Source: Guillardia theta CCMP2712 (taxonomy: Eukaryota > Protista > Cryptophyta). Taken from it: DNA of 36,140 bases. This document shows, in pieces, positions 1-11,409 of this stretch (positions are counted from its first letter, which is position 1; each line of letters begins with the position of its first letter). The stretch spans positions 1,387,739 to 1,423,878 of the forward strand of contig NW_005434673.1 of assembly GCF_000315625.1 (NCBI RefSeq), given 5' to 3'. The position numbers and the translations under genes are program-made. Below the pieces are notes generated by a model, which was not told the DNA's origin, did no database searches, and saw only the letters and a list, made by a program, of their open reading frames with translations.

Positions 1-1003
1 GCATCGGATGGAAGAGATCGAGTCAGCGGAGGCAAAGGCTCTCAAGAAGATTAAGGAGATGCAGGAGATAAAACCCTCAGAGCTCGCAAGGCAGCCAGAA
101 AAGGAGCGGAAGGAATCTAAGAAGGCGGAGGAGGAAGGAGGAAGGAAAGACTTGAGCTGTCCTACCAGCGGTGTGCAGCTCAAGAGAACCTTGAAGGGTC
201 TCAAGAAGGACCTGCCCTCCGTGCTCGCCCTGCTCACCATCATTCCGGTGAACCAGGTCAGCTTCCTCCTCCTCTGCTGCAGCACCTGAGGCTTCTCCTT
301 CAGTTTGCTCGCCTCATGAGCTCGGGGATTGAGGAGGAAGACCTCGTGCTCTTCGTTGACGCCATCGCTGAACACGGACTGAAGTCACCCACCACCTCCT
401 TCAAGATCTTGCAAGGGATTTCCAAGGTATTTGTGGACTCGAAATCTCCTCCCTGCTCCCTGCTCCCTGCTCCCCGCTCCCTGCTCCCTGCTCCCCGCTC
501 CCCGCTCCTCTTACTCTGCCTACAGGTCTCTCGGATCAAGATTGCTTGTGCCATGTTGGACAAGAAGGTTCTAAAATCCTCTTTCTCTATCCTTCCATCC
601 GTCCGTCCCTCGTCCCCCTTCATACCTTCCTCTCCCTTCCTCTCTCCTTCCTTCGTCTGAATATCTCGACAGGCCTCAAGAACTCTTCAGTCCGTCTTTC
701 TCCACCTTCATCCTTCCAAGGCTGCCGAGGTGCTTCCCTCTTCCTGTTCTTTCCCTCCTGCCTGTCCCCCATCCCTCCTCTCTTACCTTCTCCATCCGCT
801 CCTGCCCCCTCCGTTTCTTCTTCTCTCTCCTCCCCTTTCCCGCTCTCCTCCCTTCCCCTTCGCTGCTTCTCTTCTCCCGCTTCTCTTCTATCCTTCTCCC
901 CTTTTCGCTCCTTCACCGCTGCCACCTCAACCTCTTCCAGGTGGAGCAGATCGACTACGACGTGCAGGCCTGGGCGCTGGTGCGAGAATCGTTTGGAGTG
1001 TGA
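1..1003 (+). CDS. 3' part of a spliced gene ending in an RPAP3 C-terminal-like domain (RPAP3/SPAG1/CCDC103 type); 5' end lies outside the window
   Basis: Exons joined by eye at GT-AG sites (about 1-257, 304-426, 526-567, 673-729, 941-1003) give PTSGVQLKRTLKGLKKDLPSVLALLTIIPVNQ|FARLMSSGIEEEDLVLFVDAIAEHGLKSPTTSFKILQGISK|VSRIKIACAMLDKK|ASRTLQSVFLHLHPSKAAE|VEQIDYDVQAWALVRESFGV*. The helical pattern fits RPAP3_C as I recall it. TGA at 1001-1003. Confidence 0.65.
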
Positions 1004-1063
1004 AGACGAGAAGCATTGTAGAATAAAGAAACACCACGAGTTACGAAGAACAAGTTTTGAATC

Positions 1064-1143
1064 AGGAGGAGGAGGAGGAGGAGGAGGAGGAGGAGGAGGA
1101 GGAGGAGGAGGAGGAGGAGGAGGAGGAGGAGGAGGAGGAGGAG
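1064..1143. repeat. (GGA)n microsatellite between convergent genes
   Basis: Directly visible pure GGA run. Confidence 0.95.
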
Positions 1144-1308
1144 TTGAGAGGGAGACAAGGATGAGCAGGAAAGAGAGAAATCTGAATGGTTAGAACCTAA
1201 AGAGGTGATGAGGAAGGGCGGAGGGAGGAAGGGGAGAGGAATAACAGCAGGAGGGGGTAAAGGGAAGGGTTGCAGATCGATGTGGGAGGAAGGGAGGAAA
1301 GGAAAAGA

Positions 1309-4300
1309 TCAGAGGTTTTGCATCATCCAGACGGCGCGCAAGGGGTTGATCTCGTCGAAGTCGCAGCGGACGGCCATGGTGGTGATATGCCACAGCCTGT
1401 GATGATACGAGTCAGGAGGTACGAGGAGGAGAGAAAGGAGAGAAGGAGGTAACGAGCAGTAGCAGTACTAGTAGAAGTAGTAGTAGTAGTAGTAGGAGGA
1501 GGAGGAGGAGGAGGAGTAGGAGTAGGAGTAGGAGGAGGAGGAGGAGAAGGAGGAGGAGGAGGAGGAGGAGGAGGAGGATCAGGCAATACCTTGGAAAGCT
1601 CGGGGAGTAGATGCGTCCTAGGCAGGAGATTTCCACGCTCTTGTCTCCTTTCTTCACTTCGACCTGCCGCAAGCTGCTGCCCCTCGTCAGACCCGAGCTG
1701 CTCGTCAGCTCCAGCACGAAGGGAGGAGGAGTCTGTGAGGGGATCTCGGCGATGAAGGGAGAGCCCGTGAAGGACGAGGCGTCGAAGAAGGTGTTTCTAT
1801 CGCTGATGATCGCGTCCACCTCCACTCCAGCACCCAGCAGGTTCTTCGCTTCCAGCAGCCCAGCAGGCTGCTTCATCACGTTGCCAACGAGCGATGTGCG
1901 AGTGTCGAAGGAAAAGTGCTCGACGTCGATGACGTAAGAGGAGACACTGGCCGCCGCCGCCTCGAGCCTCTCGGATAGGCTGAGCATGAACATGCACACA
2001 CATTTGATCGCCATGGCGCTCTTCTCCGTCACCGTCCACTTCTTGAGGGAGGGATGGAGCTCCGAGTGCATCTGCTTGGAGGTGCCGTGGAAGCTCGAAG
2101 GCAGGCTCGTCCTGATAGATCGGAAGATCCTAACAAACGAGCTCGCCCTCCTTGCCCGCACGATCTTCTTCACCTCCTCCTGCTTCTGCTCCTTCTCGAC
2201 CTTGGGCGGGGTGAAGACGAGGGAGACGTTGAGAGTGGACTTGACGGGGGGTCGGAGGTGGCGGCTGACGATGCTTGCGAACTCAGTCGCCATCTGCTCA
2301 GTGAGGAACTCAAGGGATACGGAGAGGGAGGCAGAGAGCTTGAGCTCGATCTTCTCGGGGGACGCAGCATCCCTCTCCAGCCCCGTCACCAGCCACAAGG
2401 AGATACTCTCCTTGCTCGGGTCATCTAGGAACGACAGGGAGTTGGAAGCCTCGTCGACAGCGAGCTTGTGGTCAACCTTGTGCCCCTGGGGAGATCGCGC
2501 GAGGTACCTGAAGATGGTCTGCTGACCCTTGCGTATGCCTCCTGCCTGCACAAAGTGCGAGAGGATGGAGAAGAAGAGATCTGCCTCGTCCTGGGAGGCA
2601 AACGACAGGTTATAGTCCTTCTGCCCTCCTCCTGCTATGACGTTGCGGTTCTTGTCCAACAAGTCCCTGGCTATGAACTCGATCTTGACCTGTGCCGACC
2701 CTCGAGCTCCTCTGATGATCCTCAGAAGCTGTTGGAAGGGAAACTCGCGCACTATCCTGTCCCTCTTCCTGTTTCTGAGCATCCTGCTGTGGATGTCGAT
2801 TTCAATCTTCCTGGTCTGTCTTTGCAGATAACGAGACTTGCTCGTCGTGAAGGCAACGACGTTCTGGTCCAAGTCAAACCACAAGGTCTCGCCCCGCAGC
2901 CTCATCAGTTCCTCTCGATACTGCCGCAGAGAGATCGAGTACGTCGCTCCTTGTTCCTGATCGCGCCTCTGCTGCGCGGTCTCGTTCCTTTCGAAGGGAT
3001 TGACGAGGTAAAGGTTGGCGTCAAGGAAGTAGTGGGATCTAGAGAAGACCAGTGAGCGGAGGATCGAAAGTGGAGTAGGAGGAGGACGAGGAGTAGGAGG
3101 AGGACGAGGAGTAGGAGGAGGACGAGGAGTAGGAGGAGGACGAGGAGTAGGAGGAGGACGAGGAGTAGGAGGAGGACGAGGAGTAGGAGGAGGACGAGGA
3201 GTAGGAGGAGGACAAGGAGTAGGAGGAGGACGAGGACCAGGACGATGAGTAGGAGAAGGACGAGGAGTAGTAGGAGGAGGAGGAGTAGTAGTAGAAGTAG
3301 GAGTAGGAGACGTTGTACCAGGAAGGAAGAGGTGTGCTGCTAGGGGAAAAGAGCAGATGGGGATGGGGGGCGGCAGGAAGCCTAGAGGAAGGAGGAGAGG
3401 ATGGAAAGAAGAGCAACAAGGGGAAGGAGGGACAGGAGTGTGGAGGAGGGAGGAAAGGAGAGGGGGGGTGAAAGGAGACGGGCAGCAAGGGAGGCCTCAC
3501 CCATATCCTGACTTGACGAGGGAGGAAAGGGGGACTGAGCAATAACCTACGAGGGTGTTGTTATCGTCGTCCAGGCTGTTTCGCTGCTTTCGCTGCTGTT
3601 GTACGGGCTTGTAGAACACCTGGAGGCTCAGTGACTGATACGATCGCCAAGATGCTGCCGTCACCTCTACCAAGATGTGACTGTTCTTGGGCAAAGCACT
3701 GGAGACTGACTCGTGAGACAAGGAAAGAGCACGAGGAGAGGGAAACAGCAGCAGCAGTCACCTTATGTTAACCTCCATCATCTCCTGCATCCTGCTCGGA
3801 CCGATCAGAGACAATGGTGCGAGAGGAGCAAGCAGCGCTGCTGCTGCCTTACTTGACTTCCGACGGACTCGAGTTCCAGTGCACCTTTCCCGTTGCTGTT
3901 GCAACCTCTTTTGAGTTCTGCGACTTCCAGGTCACTAGAGGGCAGAGCAAGGCCATGAAGAGTCTGCACCATCAGGTGACTCTTGTCGTCTGCCATGATC
4001 ATGTCAAGGAGTTGAAGTTCTCAAGCACATCTAACCGTCGATTAGGCTGATCTTTACATAAGGATTGCACCTCTTCTGACTCGAGAACAGGATCGGCAAA
4101 CTCCGAGCCTCCTTGACTAACACTTTCAGACGACCATCGTATGATCCTGTTTGAGAGATGTAAGAGACAAGATTCGTCCTTCCATTCCCTTCCTTCCCCT
4201 CCTTCCATCTCAACTTGTCATAAGTCTGTGTGCCCTATCTTGTTTTCTCTACTCTTTACTGACCCATTTTTGCTGCTTGCTCCGAGATCCAATCAAGGTT

Positions 4301-5309
4301 TGGCTCCACCGCCTTCGACAACCTAGCAGGGCAAACAGTGATGATAGACGATGGCTGACAGCGACGAAGCTCAGGAATCATGAGCAATGTTAGTAGACAG
4401 GTCGAGAAGTAGGTCGTTCCCAGCACATAGTCAACTCCGTCCGTTGTCAAGTCGGACTTCGGATTGCTGTCATGATGCAAGGTCAACAAACTCCAATATC
4501 ACCAACTTGTCCTCACCTATCCTGGAAACCGACGCAGTTGATGAGCAGCCGTATCTTCATCTTCTCCGAGGAAATCTTTTCGCACAAGTCGCGAACTATG
4601 GGTATTGAGTTAGTGCAATGGAGATGTTGCATGTGAATTTCTACTTTCTGTAATGTTTGCAACGTTAACTTCATCCGCAATCAATCTATTGCCGTGCTCC
4701 TTCGAGAGAGTATCAAACCATGCGTTAGCTTTGTTCCTCCTTATCCTGCGAACATTTCAAAACCTCGTTGTCAGTGATGCCTGTTATCACCCTTGAGGAG
4801 GAATGAGCACTCGGACATGCCATCCGTGTTGTAGCAGCTTCCTACACACGTCCTGTCCACACCAAGATACAGATAAGAACAAGTAAGTAAGATGTTGCAT
4901 GCAACAATTGAGTTTGAGATCAAAGGCAACGCGCGGCATGCTCTCACTTCTGCAATCCCCGAGCTTCCGCCTGTAACCAGAGCCCACTGGGAACTTTGCA
5001 GGTGAAGCTCAAGCACCTTGGAGCAATGCATTGTCAGATCCCTTCGGCAGCAAACACTACTTTTCCTAAGAACATCTATTTTTCCTGAAAACATCTACTC
5101 CAAGGTCGATGCAGCCTAGCTGCAAAGTACGTTTTGAGTACTGACTCCACCATGGTAGTCACCTCGCCTGCGCTGCATCGCCATCAACCTCTGTGCCACT
5201 ACTCCCTCATTCTTTCTTCGGCTCTCTATCGTTGGTTCAGCCATGGTCTCCTCCCCCCTCTTCCTTCTCTTCTCTCGTCGAGCCCACATACCCGCCACTG
5301 ACTTACCAT
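1309..5309 (-). CDS. Multi-exon gene: N-terminal half of a retinol-dehydrogenase-like SDR fold, then C2-like and PH-like domains, then the C-terminal half of the SDR fold; 5' end uncertain (ATG at 5309 or 5244)
   Basis: Exons read WALVTGGSSGIAE|DVCRKLLQHGWHVRVL, KIRLLINCVG, LTTDGVDYVLGTTYFSTCLLTLLMIPELRRCQPSSIITV, then the C2-like GRLKVLVKEARSLPILFSSQKRCNPYVKISL. A long exon at 1590-3039 contains AIKCVCMFMLSLSERLEAAAASVSS, and the last exon (1309-1396) reads LWHITTMAVRCDFDEINPLRAVWMMQNL*. Confidence 0.6.
3073..3235. repeat. 18-bp minisatellite (GAGTAGGAGGAGGACGAG)n, about 9 copies, intronic
   Basis: Visible tandem array inside the predicted intron at about 3040-3546. Confidence 0.9.
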
Positions 5310-6019
5310 GGCGGTCGACTCTTGACGCCGAACGAAACGGTTCGTAACGGATTAATACCTCTGTCACTCAGAACTCAGCAGAGGCCGCCGGTCCCGGCGA
5401 CCGGGCCCGGCCCGGTGACGGACCGTGACCGTGACTTTTAAAGTTTTACAACTAGTAATATGGCTCCGTTTTTAGAATCATTTTCGATGTTGCCCTCGTT
5501 GCCACTGCAGCTCATACCGTCACGCACCACCCTACCATCCCTTTCCGTTTTGTTCAGCCGTGTGTACACCCGTCAATCGACACCCCTACCATCAAAATTC
5601 CAAGTGAAACGAGGTATTTAAGGGGTACTTAGTAACCCCCTCCGAAGGATGTACCCACCCTTGTTAACCCATCACCCTACCTGATCCTCACTGAGTGATC
5701 TCTGACTGAACAAAGTGAAGTGCTACAGCGACCGTACGCTCTAACTGAGGAGGGTGGGTACTTAAAAAGTCTAGAACACAGGGGTACTTAAAAGGGGAAA
5801 AGGGGGTGGGGAGGATAGCGAAGATAACCCCCACCAACACAATTCCAACGGAAGATGAAGTGATAGCACCGGTGGTATAACTTTGTGAGGACTTGTGGGT
5901 CAATGGGACCGGTGCAAGAAGAATCCACTTGCTATATTAAAAGACTTCAGTCCCTCCTTCCTTCTACTCCTCCTCCCTGTCAATCGGCGACTTACACATC
6001 CTCCCGTTGCTCACCCGTC

Positions 6020-8091
6020 ATGGCGATGACTGATCACTATCTACTCCTTGTGCTCTGCCTCGCAGCCGTGTGCTCCTCCCTCCAGCAGGGCCAGGGCCAG
6101 CAGCGACAAGGAGAAAACAAAAACGTGCCAGGGTTTTCAAATCAACAACCGCCGCCTTCATGCAATAACAAGGTACGTCACACTACCCTCTTTCCTTGCT
6201 AGACACCGCTTCTCATCTGCTTGTACAGGTTTGCATCAACGCTCATTGCTTCATGGAAGACAACAGGCCCATGTGTCGCTGTTGGAACAGCTCCTACGTT
6301 CCTGCTGGCCCCGACGGCTGCATCCCCGCCAAACAAGTCGGAGCTTCGAACCAACTTGTCCAAGACAAGAACGACCAGATGCAGGGGGCGATGGGCGCCA
6401 TGGAGAGGGCCAAGGCCTGCACAGGGTCTACGGTGCCATGCCCGCCATTGCCTGAGATCCCAAGCGACATGCACGGGAAGTGCGTCAAGACGTTACGCGA
6501 CTGCGCCAACGGAAACCAGACGGTTCTCAACAAGATGGCGGAGAAGAGCAACAGCTGCGGTGCGGGCAGCATGGTAAAGGCAGAGAGAGGGTCGGGGAGC
6601 CGGTTGTGACTCGGTAGCGCAGTGGTGCCCGCTGGAAGCCATGTGCAGCAAGGGGATCCCATGTGCCCCTCCCAACCCTCCGTGCAACGCAACCTCTGTG
6701 CGCTGTCCGGACTGGAGCTGTGCGGCTGATGCCGCGAGCTGCCCGAGCAGCGGCAACGGCTCTGTGACCTGCCCCGACGGCATGACGACGGCCAGGTACG
6801 CAAGGCCTGGTGGCGAGTAGAGCCGACAGCACGCGGCATACTTGAGACAAGCTGGGAGCGGGCGGGCGGACGAGGGAGGGAGGGAGGAGCGGGAGGGAGG
6901 GAGGGAGGGAGATGACTGGCTTGTTGCAGCTCCTTCAGAGCGTGCGCGGAGAAAGGGATCTTCTGGCAGGGATGCCCCCCGGGATCGAAGCCTTGCTCGG
7001 CCAACCCCAACATCTGCGTCAAGCATCAAGATGTGCGTCGCTCGCAGAGGAAGCGGCTGCGCGGGAGCTCGCTGACCTTGTGCTTGCTGCTTCAGGAGTG
7101 CGAGGCGCTCACCGGGTGTCCCGAGACGATGAAGGTACGGGCTCGCTGCGGGCTTCGCCCTGCGGCTGCAGTCGATGACGGGAGGTATGGCAGAGCTGCG
7201 GTCCTCAGCGCAACGCTCAGGGGGTCGCCCTGTACAACAGCTCGACCAACAGGTACAGGTCGCGACATGTCCTGCTCTGACCGCTGACGGGAGGAGCCGC
7301 GCAGGCCCATCATGACCTGCGCGTCGCAGTGTCAGTCCCGGCCGCCTCAGCCTGCTCCTACCACCGCTGCTCTACGACCCGGACAGGGGTCGGAGGCGAT
7401 GGAGGTGAAGGCGGCGGACGGAGCGGTAACGCTGTCTTGCTGGGAGGGGGGAGAGGCGGCTGACTGGCTTGTTGGCTCAGCCTGCGTTCGCGATGAAGGC
7501 GCTACACTCCAACGCCTTCCGTCGCATGGACAACCTGTCAGAAGCTGTCAACTTCACCATCGCTCCTGTCTCCGCGTCGGCGCTGCAGGAGGGCCCTTTC
7601 GCGCTGCTCTACTCGTCCGGAAACATCGTCAGCAGCGTCATCACCATCGAGCCCTCAGCGGCGCTTGTCATCGACGGGGGCTTGACGATCGACATCCCCA
7701 TTGACGGTGAGGCAGCATGACGGGAGGCGAGGGAGGGGCCGGGCATGTGACAGGAGGGCTGGTCGCAGGGAGCAAGGAGATGTGCAGCCAGATCTTGCAG
7801 AACGTGCAGATGGTGGTTGTGTCGGACCTGCTCAACTTCAACGCGACTCCGGAGGGCCTTGGGAACTGCTCGATGGGATCGGTAGGGAACTGCTCGTGCG
7901 CAGCGACGATCTATCACTTCAGCACCTACGGTGAGCAGAGGAAGGAGGAGATCAAGGAGGAGGAGAAGGAGGAGGACAAAGCAGGCAAGGGAGGAGACTG
8001 ACAGTGCCCGATGGCAGCTGTTGCCAATGCCTACTACACGTCCCCGACGACGGACTCGGGCACGACCAACACCAACTCACCGGGGAGCGAT

Positions 8092-8135
<44 letters not shown>

Positions 8136-8292
8136 CACTGAGGACAGCGGATCGCTGAAGAATGGCTCGCCTGCAACGACGAGCTTCAAGGTGAAGCGCA
8201 AGACTGGTGGCGAGGCAGAGCTGACGAATGTGCAGGGGATGATGTTGCTGAGTGTTATGATGAGCTTGGGGGCGATGCGTGTATATAAGTAA
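6020..8292 (+). CDS. Spliced secreted/cell-surface Cys-rich protein: signal peptide, EGF-like and CPDxSC-type repeats, ZU5-like domain ending in HFS, Thr-rich stalk, hydrophobic tail (possible GPI signal)
   Basis: MAMTDHYLLLVLCLAAVCSS signal-like start. Introns at 6173-6228, 6574-6622 and 7931-8017, among others. Motifs CINAHCFMEDNRPMCRC, RCPDWSC, TCPDG, VSSVITIEPSAALVIDGGLTIDIPI and CAATIYHFSTY|AVANA, then poly-Thr and MMLLSVMMSLGAM. TAA at 8290-8292. Confidence 0.75.
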
Positions 8293-9410
8293 AGGAGATG
8301 TGCGGTCACGTGACATCATCTTCGCCCCTGCTTTGGTCTCTTGGCCTGATCTGTCCTGGCCCCTCATCGCCTCCCGCTCTCACAGCCCACGCGCAGTTAC
8401 AGACTATGGTGCGGGATGAAGCCAGTGCAGTACGGATGTGGGAGATCCGACGGTCCCATTGGTTCGGACAGGACTTTACTACAAACTACTCATCGCCTGG
8501 AAAACGGCATGTACTGCTGGTCTCGATGGAGATCGGATGTGCTTGTACGATGTGAGGTAGGAACGTTATCGCAACTCCAGTAGTGTTGTTGCACAGTACA
8601 AGTACTACTGAGATGAGGCCCATCTCTGACTCTATCAAAGGGAGGGTAGATCCTCTCTCTTCTATTCCTCGGAGTACGGACAACGGATAGCAGTGTCTGT
8701 ATGGTCTGCTGTACATGAAGGAATCTGGCTTCAAGCTTGCATCCTCCTCGTCCCAAGCGCGTCTTGGCTACTTCGTTGGGAAAGCTCCCTCATCAGCAGC
8801 ATCTGCTCCTGTCGTCGCTGCCTCCACAAGGCTCAGGTAGTGCACGAGTCTGGCGCATGCTCGGTCAATGCGGGATGGGGGATGTCGGGTTTTATTTCAC
8901 ACACTTGACAACGTCCTGCTTGATCCTCGCACTAGGCCTCGCGCACGGCATTCTTGTGCCATCGACACTCCCGCCGGCCTCGGCCTGCAGCTTCTCGATG
9001 TAGGCGATGGAGTGGGACAAGGCCTCGACTTGCTTCTGCTTCACCAGGGAGAGCCTGGCGTATCTCTCGCTCAGCTTCGTGTCCTCGCTGACGAGGGTCG
9101 ACACCTCGGGCTCCTCGGCTGGCTCATGGTCGCGGGTGTCCTCGGCCTCGTGCTTCACCTTGTGCTCAGGCACGTGGGAGCTGGGGAAGCTCTCGGGCCC
9201 GCTGCACATCGGGAGCGGCATGCAGAACGGAAGGGCCGGGGAAGCATTGGCGCTTGCGATCAAGGCAGTGCGGCTGACGCTGAAGGTCTGGATGCACATG
9301 GTGTGTGAGGTGTGAGGGGGCAGGGAGTAGGGGGGGCTTGCGGTAGCTGAGGTGAGGGGGAGGAGGTAGACGAAGGAGGTAGACGAAGGAGGAAGACGAA
9401 GGAGGAGGAA
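7576..9410 (+). repeat. Left arm of palindrome 1 (near-identical inverted repeat of 10305-12108)
   Basis: Mirror ORF sets on opposite strands. The outer breakpoint GTCGGCGCTGC at 7576 pairs with GCAGCGCCGAC ending at 12108. Confidence 0.95.
8892..9299 (-). CDS. Hypothetical 135-aa intronless protein with a short coiled coil (copy 1)
   Basis: ATG-TAA ORF with GC3-rich codons like the neighbouring genes. The mirror copy encodes an identical protein. No family recognised. Confidence 0.5.
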   Translation of the reverse strand: MCIQTFSVSRTALIASANASPALPFCMPLPMCSGPESFPSSHVPEHKVKHEAEDTRDHEPAEEPEVSTLVSEDTKLSERYARLSLVKQKQVEALSHSIAYIEKLQAEAGGSVDGTRMPCARPSARIKQDVVKCVK

Positions 9411-9462
9411 GAGGAAAGTTTGTTTGTGGAGACCGTGCGGAAGCGAGATTGTTCCCCTGTGT

Positions 9463-10232
9463 TACGGAGGGAGGGAGGGGTCAAGGAGTCGGTAGGCCGG
9501 AAAGCAGAATCCTCAGGGAGAGGGGAGAGGAGGATAAGATAGAGAGAGACATAGGAGAAGGAGAGGGTATACCCCCCATCGTTTTGCCTTCAGCCTGCCG
9601 ATGGATATACAGCACCCTGTCCCGGGGGTGCAAATTTCCGTAGACCACCCTACTAGTACCCCTTCTCGTTTCCCTGGGAAGAGTACCCCTCCTTTGGGAG
9701 TCTCAGTCAGGTCCCTGCACGTCCCCCAGCGATTCCAGTCAGCTTGCGACCACGTAAACCTTTTTACTACCTGATACATGCACTCTGGGGCGGGCTCGCA
9801 GACCTTTCAGGGCCTTCTTCGGAATGTTCCGACCCGCACGGTGATGGTAGTAAAGTTCGGAAAGTCAGCTTTACTCAATGATGACAAGCATACCATCGTT
9901 TGGTGTTCGAAAACGAGTCTTTTCTGCAAACGTTGACAACACAGCTAGGTAAGATGACCCGAATCACTGTGAACTGACGGATATGACTGAGTCTGCGCAG
10001 GAGGGGGTGGGGTAGAAAAAGCAGAGATGTCGGTATGGTGGGTGGGGTTCGGCATATCCATGAAGCTGGAAGTGACCCAGTAGAAGAGGAACGATGGGGG
10101 GTATACTCTCTTCTTCTCCTATGTCTCTCTCTATCTGATTACCCTCTCCCTTCTCCCCTCCCTCTCCCTGAGGATTCCGCTTTCCGGCCTACCGACTCCT
10201 TGTACCCCTCCCCCCCCCCCCCACCTTCCGTA
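9463..10232. mobile_element. Possible non-autonomous element with diverged ~150-190 bp inverted ends, at the centre of palindrome 1
   Basis: 9463-~9617 is an imperfect reverse complement of ~10043-10232 (AAGGAGTCGGTAGGCCGGAAAGC / GCTTTCCGGCCTACCGACTCCTT; GTATACCCCCCATCGT / ACGATGGGGGGTATAC) around a unique non-coding core. No target-site duplication identified. Confidence 0.35.
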
Positions 10233-10402
10233 TCCTTTACACGAGCAGTCTCATCTTCACTCCCCAAATAGATCCTTAAATCATTCGTATCTCGATCTCC
10301 TCTGCTCCTCCTCCTTCGTCTTCCTCCTTCGTCTACCTCCTCCCCCTCACCTCAGCTACCGCAAGCCCCCCCTACTCCCTGCCCCCTCACACCTCACACA
10401 CC

Positions 10403-10810
10403 ATGTGCATCCAGACCTTCAGCGTCAGCCGCACTGCCTTGATCGCAAGCGCCAATGCTTCCCCGGCCCTTCCGTTCTGCATGCCGCTCCCGATGTGCAG
10501 CGGGCCCGAGAGCTTCCCCAGCTCCCACGTGCCTGAGCACAAGGTGAAGCACGAGGCCGAGGACACCCGCGACCATGAGCCAGCCGAGGAGCCCGAGGTG
10601 TCGACCCTCGTCAGCGAGGACACGAAGCTGAGCGAGAGATACGCCAGGCTCTCCCTGGTGAAGCAGAAGCAAGTCGAGGCCTTGTCCCACTCCATCGCCT
10701 ACATCGAGAAGCTGCAGGCCGAGGCCGGCGGGAGTGTCGATGGCACAAGAATGCCGTGTGCGAGGCCTAGTGCGAGGATCAAGCAGGATGTTGTCAAGTG
10801 TGTGAAATAA
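10403..10810 (+). CDS. Hypothetical 135-aa protein (copy 2, head-to-head with copy 1)
   Basis: Translation identical to 8892-9299. Confidence 0.5.
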   Translation: MCIQTFSVSRTALIASANASPALPFCMPLPMCSGPESFPSSHVPEHKVKHEAEDTRDHEPAEEPEVSTLVSEDTKLSERYARLSLVKQKQVEALSHSIAYIEKLQAEAGGSVDGTRMPCARPSARIKQDVVKCVK

Positions 10811-11409
10811 AACCCGACATCCCCCATCCCGCATTGACCGAGCATGCGCCAGACTCGTGCACTACCTGAGCCTTGTGGAGGCAGCGACGACAGGAGCAGA
10901 TGCTGCTGATGAGGGAGCTTTCCCAACGAAGTAGCCAAGACGCGCTTGGGACGAGGAAGATGCAAGCTTGAAGCCAGATTCCTTCATGTACAGCAGACCA
11001 TACAGACACTGCTATCCGTTGTCCGTACTCCGAGGAATAGAAGAGAGAGGATCTACCCTCCCTTTGATAGAGTCAGAGATGGGCCTCATCTCCGTAGTAC
11101 TTGTACTGTGCATCAACACTACTGGAGTTGCGATAACGTTCCTGCCTCACATCGTACAAGCACATCCGATCTCCATCGAGACCAGCAGTACATGCCGTTT
11201 TCCAGGCGATGAGTAGTTTGTAGTAAAGTCCTGACCGAACCAATGGGACCGTCGGATCTCCCACATCCGTACTGCACTGGCTTCATCCCGCACCATAGTC
11301 TGTAACTGCACGTGGGCTGTGAGAGCGGGAGGCGATGAGGGGCCAGGACAGATCAGGCCAAGAGACCAAAGCAGGGGCGAAGATGATGTCACGTGACCGC
11401 ACATCTCCT

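Noticed and set aside
546-1586. Poly-G/L/P/S ORFs, and similar ones at 19-21 kb and 27-30 kb
   Set aside because: Translations of intronic or intergenic microsatellites; the true coding parts are short exons.
3073-3235. Regular 18-bp array as a possible CRISPR or SSSSYS protein
   Set aside because: No spacers, no cas genes, eukaryotic context, and it lies in an intron.
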